Below, one piece after another: positions 52,907-60,102 of a stretch of DNA of 60,102 bases. This DNA comes from Chloroflexota bacterium (GTDB taxonomy: Bacteria > Chloroflexota > Limnocylindria > QHBO01). Numbering within the stretch: position 1 is the stretch's first letter; every line of letters begins with the position of its first letter. The translations under genes and the position numbers were made by a program. Location of the stretch: positions 1 through 60,102 of the forward strand of contig JBDTQD010000004.1 of assembly GCA_039932375.1 (NCBI GenBank). Direction: 5' to 3'. The notes under the pieces were generated by a model that made no database searches, was not told the origin of the DNA, and worked only from the letters and a program-made list of their open reading frames with translations.

Positions 52907-54582
52907 GCGTTGTGGAGCGGCCGACAGCCGGCGATGCATCGGGTCGCGGAGCTGCGTTCCACTCCCCGGAGGGCGGGGAGCGGCTGACGGTCGTCGAGCC
53001 GCTCATCTTCGAGTCTTCGCGTCCCGGCCGCAGGGCGGTGCGCTTTCCCTCCCCGTCGAGCGACGCGCTTGCCGCTGCAGCCGGGCAGCCTGGGATCCCG
53101 GCTGCCGCCGCGCGGGAAGCGGCGCCCAGCCTGCCCGAGGTTGCGGAGCTCGACCTGCTGCGCCACTTCAATCGGCTCAGCCACCTGAACCACGCCATCG
53201 AGCTGGGCTTCTACCCGCTCGGCTCGTGCACCATGAAGTACAACCCCAAGGTCAACGAGTGGGCCGCGCGGCTGCCGGGGCTGGCCGACTCGCACCCCCT
53301 CGATCCTGACAGCCTGGCGCAGGGCAGCCTCGAGCTCGAATGGCTGCTGGCCGAGCTGCTCAAGGAGATCAGCGGCTTCGCGGCGATCAGCCTACAGCCC
53401 GCCGCCGGCGCCCACGGCGAGCTGACCGGCCTGCTGATGGCTCGTGCCTACCATCGGTCGCGCGGGGAGGGTGAGCAGCGCACCAAGGTGCTGGTCCCCG
53501 ACAGCTCGCACGGGACCAACCCGGCGACCGCGACGATGGTCGGCTACACGGCGGTCACGATCCCGTCCAACCCCCGCGGTGGGATTGACCTCGATGCGCT
53601 GCGCGCCGCCCTCGGCCCGGATACCGCCGCGCTGATGATCACCAATCCCTCGACCCTCGGCATCTTCGAGGACCAGATCGACCAGGTCATCAGGGCGGTC
53701 CGGGAGGCTGGTGCCATCGCCTACATGGATGGAGCCAACCTGAACGCCATCCTGGGGCGCTTCCGGCCCGGCGAGGCGGGATTCGACGTGATGCACTTCA
53801 ACCTGCACAAGACCTTCTCGACGCCGCATGGCGGCGGGGGACCCGGGGCCGGCCCGGTCGGGGTGAGCGAACGCCTCGCCCCCTTCCTGCCCACCCCGCT
53901 CCCGCTCCTGGTCGCGGGCGACCCGGACCAGGTCCGTCGCAACGCGTGGGCCGGCCGCTCGACGCCGGATGCGCGCTTCGCGCTCGAGGGGTCCGAGGAA
54001 CGGCCGACCAGCATCGGCAGGGTGCGCGCGCACACCGGCAACTTCGGCATGTTCGTGCGCGCCTACACCTACATCCGCAGCAATGGCGCCAGCGGGCTGC
54101 GCCAGGTGAGCGATGACGCCGTGCTTGCGGCGAACTACCTGCGCGTGCGCCTGGCCGATGCCTACGACCTGCCCTACGACCGCATCTGCAAGCACGAAGT
54201 GGTCTTCTCAGGCCGCAGGCAGAAGCGGCAGCACGGGATCAGCACGTTGGATATCGCGAAGGCGATCCTCGATCACCGCATCCATCCGCCTACGATCTAC
54301 TTCCCGCTGATCGTGGAGGAGGCGCTGATGATCGAACCGACCGAGACGGAGACGCTCGAGACGCTCGACAGCTTCGTCGAGGTGATGCATCAGATCGCGG
54401 AGCAGGCGGCGAACGATCCCGATGCCGTGCGCCGGGCTCCGATCACGACTCCGGTCGGTCGCCTCGACGAGGCCGCGGCGGCGCGCCGGCCCGACCTAAG
54501 GCACGATTTCAGCATCGCGTCGAGTGGCGCCTCGATTATGCGGGAGGCGGGTGCTCGACCTCCGGCGGCTGGAACGGGGTAG
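52903..54582 (+). CDS. gcvPB: Glycine dehydrogenase subunit 2
   Basis: YPLGSCTMKYNP, HGTNPA, HFNLHKTFSTPHGGGGPG, MIEPTETE. Confidence 0.95.
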   Translation: MSVVERPTAGDASGRGAAFHSPEGGERLTVVEPLIFESSRPGRRAVRFPSPSSDALAAAAGQPGIPAAAAREAAPSLPEVAELDLLRHFNRLSHLNHAIELGFYPLGSCTMKYNPKVNEWAARLPGLADSHPLDPDSLAQGSLELEWLLAELLKEISGFAAISLQPAAGAHGELTGLLMARAYHRSRGEGEQRTKVLVPDSSHGTNPATATMVGYTAVTIPSNPRGGIDLDALRAALGPDTAALMITNPSTLGIFEDQIDQVIRAVREAGAIAYMDGANLNAILGRFRPGEAGFDVMHFNLHKTFSTPHGGGGPGAGPVGVSERLAPFLPTPLPLLVAGDPDQVRRNAWAGRSTPDARFALEGSEERPTSIGRVRAHTGNFGMFVRAYTYIRSNGASGLRQVSDDAVLAANYLRVRLADAYDLPYDRICKHEVVFSGRRQKRQHGISTLDIAKAILDHRIHPPTIYFPLIVEEALMIEPTETETLETLDSFVEVMHQIAEQAANDPDAVRRAPITTPVGRLDEAAAARRPDLRHDFSIASSGASIMREAGARPPAAGTG

Positions 54583-54620
54583 GATTCGCAATAGGGCGGC
54601 CCATCGTAAGCGGGGTAGAC

Positions 54621-55208
54621 GTGGTGACGGAGCAGCCGGACGGGCTTGTCGCGCGCATGAGGTTGGGGGATCCCGTCGCATTCGAAGAGTTCTTCACGAC
54701 GTATCAGCGGCCGGTCTACATCACCGCGCTCGCGATCACCCGCGACCCATCCCTGGCCGAGGAGATCCTGCAGGACTGCTTCGTCAACGCCTATCGCTGG
54801 AGGCATCGGCTGCGAACTGATCGCTCTCCCCTGCCGTGGCTCCACCGTGTGGCCACCAACCTGTCCTACAGCCGCATTGCCCGCCGCAGGCTGATCTTGG
54901 AGCCGATCACCGCGGTCATCACCAACCTGCTGGCGGACCTGACCGCCAGACCGGACCAGGTGGTCGAGTCGCGGGAGATCATCGAGGTGCTGCAGCGCGC
55001 CATTGACACGCTCCCTGCCAAGCAGCAGACCGCCGTCATCCTTTACTACCTGCACGGATATTCGCTCGCCGAATCAGCCGAGATCGCGGGCTGCAACGTG
55101 GGCACCATGAAGTCGCGGGTCCACTACGCGCTCAAGTCGCTGCGATCCCGGGTCCCGGAGGAGCGGCGTGCGCCGGCCGGTGGGAAGGTGTCGGTGCGTG
55201 AGCTGTAG
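54621..55208 (+). CDS. ECF sigma factor
   Basis: AEEILQDCF, PWLHRVATN, LPAKQQ...YSLAESAE...GTMKSRVHYA. Confidence 0.9.
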   Translation: MVTEQPDGLVARMRLGDPVAFEEFFTTYQRPVYITALAITRDPSLAEEILQDCFVNAYRWRHRLRTDRSPLPWLHRVATNLSYSRIARRRLILEPITAVITNLLADLTARPDQVVESREIIEVLQRAIDTLPAKQQTAVILYYLHGYSLAESAEIAGCNVGTMKSRVHYALKSLRSRVPEERRAPAGGKVSVREL

Positions 55209-55755
55209 ACAGGCGCGTCGCGAGCTGCTGGAGCACTTCCTCCTCGGCGAAGAGCTCGGGTCACGCTCCGCCCCGCTTCTGGCACACCTGGACTGCTGCG
55301 CCGACTGTCGCCGGGAGATGGGCATCGACCGAGAACTCGTCGAGAACCTGCGTCATGCGTTACGCGAGCGGGTGGAGGGTGGCGCTGCATCTGCATCGAG
55401 TTGGGGGCTGGTTCGCCGTCGGACGGTCGACCGCTCCGTGCGGCCGTGGACGGTCCGCGTGCTGCACTGGGGAGGGATCGCGTCCGCCGCCGCCGCCGGC
55501 ATCGTGATGTTCGCCGTTGCCACGGCTCCCGAGATGTGGCTATTTCCCGGGCCCCAGCCGCCGTTCGTCGCCTCTGCGGCCAGGAGGGCGGTCTCGCCGG
55601 TCGAGGAAGCCCGTGGCTGGCCTCTCACAGACGCAAGCACGTACCGTGCGGCGCAGGTGGAACCCCCGTTCCCGGGCTGGCCGATGCAGCCGCAAATGCC
55701 AGATACGGCTAGGGGGCGCGACGGGGAACCCCCGATCAACGGACGGATGCGGTGA
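55198..55755 (+). CDS. Zinc-binding anti-sigma factor
   Basis: SCRQAR...HLDCCADC (HxxxCxxC), one TM; overlaps the sigma stop. Confidence 0.75.
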   Translation: MSCRQARRELLEHFLLGEELGSRSAPLLAHLDCCADCRREMGIDRELVENLRHALRERVEGGAASASSWGLVRRRTVDRSVRPWTVRVLHWGGIASAAAAGIVMFAVATAPEMWLFPGPQPPFVASAARRAVSPVEEARGWPLTDASTYRAAQVEPPFPGWPMQPQMPDTARGRDGEPPINGRMR

Positions 55756-55895
55756 CGCTGGGACCGCGGGAGATGAACCTGGCAGGCCTTGGAGAGGTAC
55801 TAGAGATGTGGCATAGTCAGCGCGATTGAGCGCGTGCTTGACCCAATCTTGCGGCGCGAAACGAACAACCGTACCAGAGGGACACTCTCGCAGCC

Positions 55896-56870
55896 ATGGC
55901 CGTCGTTCAGGGCTTTGTCGACGCCCCTGTTGCAGCCGCATCGAGCGGCCGAAGTCTGCGCGAGATCGTCTGGGCGCGTCTGCGCCGCGACCGTATCGCG
56001 ATGATCTTCTTGTTTGTCCTCGTGGCGATGTATCTCATCGCGATCGTCGGTCCGTTCGTCCTTGCGCTCATTGGCCTCGATCCCTACAAATTCGATGCGG
56101 CGGCGATCAGCGATATCGGCGGTAAGCCGTTCGGGGAGTGGGGCGGCGTCAGCCCGTCGCACCTGCTCGGGGTGGAATGGGGGACGGGGCGGGACATCCT
56201 CGCCCAGCTGGTCTACGGCCTCCGCATCTCGCTCATCATCGCGACCAGCGCCACTGCAATCACGGTTGCCATCGGGACCACGATCGGCATCATCGCCGGC
56301 TACACCGGGGGCTGGACTGACACCCTCATCGGGCGGCTGATGGACCTCGTCCTGGCATTCCCGTTCCTGCTCATCATCCTGGCACTCTCCGGGGTCCTCA
56401 CGCAGCGATTGACCCAGCTGGGCGTCCCCGATGGCAACCCATCGCGGATCACCTATCTCATTATCGTACTGAGCGTCTTCGGCTGGCCGTACCTTGCCCG
56501 CATCGTGCGTGGACAGGTACTCAGCATGCGCGAGCGCGAATTCGTCGAAGCGGCGATCGCCATGGGGTCGAGCAAGCGCCGGATCCTGTTCACGGAGATC
56601 CTGCCCAACCTGTGGGCGCCGATCCTGGTCTATGCGACGCTCACGCTGCCGGCCTACATCGGGCTCGAGGCTACCCTCTCGTTCCTCGGCGTCGGCGTGC
56701 TGCCGCCCGAGACGACGTTCGGCGCGATGCTCGCCAATTCGGTGAGCTACTTCAATGTCGTCCCGTCGTACCTGTTCATCCCGGGCACCGTTCTCGTTGT
56801 CCTGGTGGTCTCGTTCAACCTGCTGGGCGACGCCCTCCGGGACGCACTGGACCCGAAGAGCAGCCACTGA
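55896..56870 (+). CDS. oppC: Oligopeptide ABC permease (OppC/DppC)
   Basis: HLLG...GRDI, ARIVRGQVLSMREREFVEAA, FNLLGDALRDALDPK. Confidence 0.92.
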   Translation: MAVVQGFVDAPVAAASSGRSLREIVWARLRRDRIAMIFLFVLVAMYLIAIVGPFVLALIGLDPYKFDAAAISDIGGKPFGEWGGVSPSHLLGVEWGTGRDILAQLVYGLRISLIIATSATAITVAIGTTIGIIAGYTGGWTDTLIGRLMDLVLAFPFLLIILALSGVLTQRLTQLGVPDGNPSRITYLIIVLSVFGWPYLARIVRGQVLSMREREFVEAAIAMGSSKRRILFTEILPNLWAPILVYATLTLPAYIGLEATLSFLGVGVLPPETTFGAMLANSVSYFNVVPSYLFIPGTVLVVLVVSFNLLGDALRDALDPKSSH

Positions 56871-56965
56871 GTTTAGGCTGCACCACCCACTTGACGCCGT
56901 GTCTCCTCGCGTATCTACTATCATGGATTCACCGGGACGTTCCGGCAACTCGTTGGAGGATGGAA

Positions 56966-58759
56966 ATGGTCAGATCACACGCACGGTTGTATCGTGCCTC
57001 GGGGTTAGTCTTTGCGGCCGCTCTTACACTCGCGGCATGCAGCGGCTCGAGCCCAAGCCCGTCTGCCGGCGGTAGCTCGGGTGGCTCCCAGCCTCCGGCA
57101 TCGGGTGCCCCTCACGTTGGCGGAACGATCTACCTGCTGACTCCGACTGCAGTGCCGCAGTTCGACCAGATGGATCCGCAGCGCGCATATACCGGCGAGG
57201 ATCTCGCCTTCTTCTCGGCGACCCTCCTTCGTTCGCTGACCGCATATACGCTCTCGCCCGACGACACGAAAGCGGCCACGCTCATGCCGGACCTGGCAAC
57301 CGACCTCGGCACCCCGAGCGCGGACGCCAAGACCTGGGACTTCACCCTCCGCGATGGCATCACCTTCCAGGATGGCTCGCCGATCACGTGTGCTGACATC
57401 AAGTACGGCGCATCGCGAACATTTGCGACAGACGTCATCAGCGGCGGTCCGACCTACGCGATCGCCTACCTTGCCATCCCGTACGAGGCGGATGGGCAGA
57501 CCTCGCAGTATCCGGGGCCGTACAAGGCGACTCCGGCTCAGCAGACCCTCTTCGACAAGGCGATCGATTGCTCCGCCGACGGGAAGAAAATCACCTTCCA
57601 CCTGAACCAGCCGGTTCCGGACTTCGCCTACACCCTGACGCTCGGGTGGTCGCCGGTCCCCAAGGCCGCCGACACTGGCGAGACCTACGGGTCGCCCGCG
57701 CACCCTATCGTTTCCTCTGGCCCGTACAAGATCGACAGCTACACCACCGACGCCGGTGGCAAGCTGGTCATGGTCCGAAATACGGCTTGGACCCAGGCGA
57801 GCGACTCATACCGGACCCCGTATCCGGACAAGTGGGAAGTCGATTTCGCCGTCGACAATAAGGTCATCGACCAGCGGCTCCTCGCGAGCTCTGGCGCTGA
57901 CGAGACTGCCATCCAGTACGGCCAGATGCAGCCTGAGAACCTCGCCACCGTCTTCACGGATCCGAAGACGGTCAACGCTGATTTCACGGGCCGCGCAGTC
58001 AGCGGCTATGACATCTACTCCCTCTACCTCTGGATCGACGCCAAGAAGGTGCCGAACGTAAAGATTCGCCAGGCCATGGCGGTGGCTCTCGACCGGGATG
58101 CCCTCCGCAAGAATGCCGGTGGGGTGTTCGTCGGTGACTTTGCCGACGGCGTCATCAAGCCGAACATCGGCCCCGACTACGCCGCGACCGGGATGTGGAC
58201 GGACATGTTCGGACAGGCAGTCCCGGACACCGGTAATCCGGATCTGGCCAAGCAGTTGATCAAGGATTCGGGCGAGGCCGCCCCGTCGCTGACCTATGAC
58301 TATTCGCCTTCTCCGGTCGCTGACCGGGCGGCGGCGATCATCAAGACCTCGCTCGAAAGGGTTGGCTTCAAGATTGCGCTCAACCCGATCGCGGCGCACT
58401 ACTACACCGTGGTGTTCGGCAAGGGTGCGCACGAGTTCGGTCGAGGTGGTTGGGGCGCTGACTGGCCAAACGCCAAGACGGTCGTGGCACCGCTCTTCAC
58501 CCAGAAGGGCGGCTGGGACCTCTCACGGGCGGATGACCCTGCCTTCAATGCTGCAGTCGACGCGGCTTCGGTCGAGACCGACCGCACGAAGCAGGAGGGC
58601 ATGTGGCAGGCGCTTAACAAGCAGGCGATGCAGAACGCTTGGGTCATCCCGACCTTCTTCGAATTCCAGCAGCGTCTGACTGGGTCGAAGATCGGAAACG
58701 TCTACATCTGGGGGCCATACGGCTCCTGGGGGTATGGCGCCATGTACGTCAAGCCCTAG
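56966..58759 (+). CDS. oppA: Peptide ABC substrate-binding lipoprotein (family 5)
   Basis: LAAC lipobox; PDLA...WDFTLRDGITFQDG; SGPYKI; WGADWP. Confidence 0.9.
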   Translation: MVRSHARLYRASGLVFAAALTLAACSGSSPSPSAGGSSGGSQPPASGAPHVGGTIYLLTPTAVPQFDQMDPQRAYTGEDLAFFSATLLRSLTAYTLSPDDTKAATLMPDLATDLGTPSADAKTWDFTLRDGITFQDGSPITCADIKYGASRTFATDVISGGPTYAIAYLAIPYEADGQTSQYPGPYKATPAQQTLFDKAIDCSADGKKITFHLNQPVPDFAYTLTLGWSPVPKAADTGETYGSPAHPIVSSGPYKIDSYTTDAGGKLVMVRNTAWTQASDSYRTPYPDKWEVDFAVDNKVIDQRLLASSGADETAIQYGQMQPENLATVFTDPKTVNADFTGRAVSGYDIYSLYLWIDAKKVPNVKIRQAMAVALDRDALRKNAGGVFVGDFADGVIKPNIGPDYAATGMWTDMFGQAVPDTGNPDLAKQLIKDSGEAAPSLTYDYSPSPVADRAAAIIKTSLERVGFKIALNPIAAHYYTVVFGKGAHEFGRGGWGADWPNAKTVVAPLFTQKGGWDLSRADDPAFNAAVDAASVETDRTKQEGMWQALNKQAMQNAWVIPTFFEFQQRLTGSKIGNVYIWGPYGSWGYGAMYVKP

Positions 58760-58778
58760 GCAAGAACCAGCGTCCACT

Positions 58779-58815
58779 GTCCCCAGGGGAGCGGCGCCGC
58801 CGCTCCCCTGGGGAC
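58779..58815 (+). other. Intercistronic hairpin after oppA
   Basis: GTCCCCAGGGGAGCGGC...GCCGCTCCCCTGGGGAC. Confidence 0.7.
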
Positions 58816-58846
58816 GCACCATTCACACCGAGGGAGGGCATCCTGC

Positions 58847-59839
58847 GTGACGGCGTACCTGATCCGCCGGGTTCTCCTGATGGTCGTCCTTCTGGCGCTC
58901 CTGAGCGTCACGGTCTTCCTGCTCTTCAACCTGCTGCCGGGTGATCCTGCCCGGCTGACGTGCGGGAAGGCCTGCACTCCGTCGATCATCGAGGCAAACC
59001 GACATCGCCTTGGTCTCGATGAGCCGCCCCTGACCCAGTACGTCAAGTTCGTGTCGGGAATCTTCGTCGGACGCACTTTTTCGCCGGACTCGCCCGAGCC
59101 GATCGAATGCCACGCCCCTTGCCTCGGCTATTCGTTCACGCGGCACGAGGAGGTGATGACATTGATCACGCGTGCGGCTCCGGTCACTTTCTGGCTTGCG
59201 ATCGGCGCGTTCATCCTCTGGATTGTCGCGGGGGTCTCGCTCGGCATATTCGCCGCGCTCCGTCGTGGACGGTGGCCGGATCGGCTGGTGATGGGTGTCT
59301 CGATGATCGGCTACTCGCTGCCGTCCTTCTTCATCGGGCTCGTCCTCATCTTCTTCGTCATCATCAAGTGGAAAATGCTGCCGTTCCCCCGCTACGTGTC
59401 GCCGTTCGTGAACCCCGCTCAGTTCCTCCAGGTGATGATCCTGCCATGGATCGTCTTAGCGACGCTGAATGCGGCGTTCTACATGCGCCTCACCCGCAAC
59501 CAGGTACTGGAGGTCCTTGGCGACGACTACGTGCGCACTGCCAGGGCGAAGGGCCTGCCGGAGCGCGTCGTGGTAGTCAAGCACGCCCTCAGGGCAGGTC
59601 TGACGCCGATCATAACCGCCGCCGGGCTCGACCTCGCCTACCTGCTCGGTGGAGCCATCATCTCCGAGAACATCTTCAGCCTTCCGGGGCTCGGCTCGCT
59701 CACCATCAGCTCGATCATTAACTCGGACCTGCCGGTGATCACCGGGATCACCCTCCTGACGGCGACGATCATCCTCTTCGCGAACCTCGTCGTCGACCTC
59801 CTCTACGCCGTGGTCGACCCACGGGTGCGGATCACGTGA
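58847..59839 (+). CDS. oppB: Oligopeptide ABC permease (OppB/DppB)
   Basis: [35 protein letters not shown]. Confidence 0.93.
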   Translation: MTAYLIRRVLLMVVLLALLSVTVFLLFNLLPGDPARLTCGKACTPSIIEANRHRLGLDEPPLTQYVKFVSGIFVGRTFSPDSPEPIECHAPCLGYSFTRHEEVMTLITRAAPVTFWLAIGAFILWIVAGVSLGIFAALRRGRWPDRLVMGVSMIGYSLPSFFIGLVLIFFVIIKWKMLPFPRYVSPFVNPAQFLQVMILPWIVLATLNAAFYMRLTRNQVLEVLGDDYVRTARAKGLPERVVVVKHALRAGLTPIITAAGLDLAYLLGGAIISENIFSLPGLGSLTISSIINSDLPVITGITLLTATIILFANLVVDLLYAVVDPRVRIT

Positions 59840-60102
59840 CGGCACCCAGCATGTCGCTCGAACACGTGTCGCTCGAGCGGCCGTTCCTGTCGGTGACCGA
59901 CCTTGCGGTTGCGTTCCCCACCGAAGACGGACTGGTCCGAGCCGTCGATGGGGTCTCGTTCACCCTTGAGCGCGGGCAGACGCTCGCGATCGTCGGGGAG
60001 TCGGGCTCCGGCAAGAGCGTGACCGCCCAGGCGATCATGGGCCTCATCAACCGGAGGTCCGCCAAGGTTTCGGGCGAGATCTGGCTCGACGGACAGGAGC
60101 TG
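59836..60102 (+). CDS. oppD: Oligopeptide ABC ATPase (partial, runs off the window edge)
   Basis: RAVDGVSF...[10 protein letters not shown] Walker A. Confidence 0.9.
   Translation, partial: MTAPSMSLEHVSLERPFLSVTDLAVAFPTEDGLVRAVDGVSFTLERGQTLAIVGESGSGKSVTAQAIMGLINRRSAKVSGEIWLDGQEL

Overview
A GC-rich core-genome window from a bacterium that most likely belongs to the Chloroflexota. This is an inference from gene content and order (sbp in the dcw cluster, ftsW/murG overlap, Cys-cluster membrane protein, reduced RNase P RNA). From left to right it holds: a divergent ECF-like sigma/zinc anti-sigma pair; dnaG-rpoD; a DUF4331-TPR-Ni/Co transporter operon; tRNA-Asn; several hypothetical genes; parAB; tRNA-Ile2(CAT); a propionyl-CoA carboxylase/methylmalonyl-CoA mutase/epimerase block; sucCD, icd, sdhCDAB and RNase HI; rnpB; the dcw cluster (mraZ to ftsZ, yggS, yggT, without murE, murC or sepF); tRNA-Val; an MFS transporter, a glycosyltransferase and a NUDIX hydrolase; gcvT-H-PA-PB; a second ECF/anti-sigma pair; and an oligopeptide ABC system cut by the window edge. 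I saw no mobile element or CRISPR array. The strongest candidate for something new is a ParAB system whose ParB differs at all four known parS-specificity positions. It is flanked by three copies of a non-canonical 16-bp palindrome, GTCTTTGCGCAAAGAC: one inside parB next to a specificity codon, one in the parA promoter region and one about 1.8 kb away. DnaA boxes lie upstream of both parA and ftsZ. All family calls come from motif recognition by eye, not from database searches.
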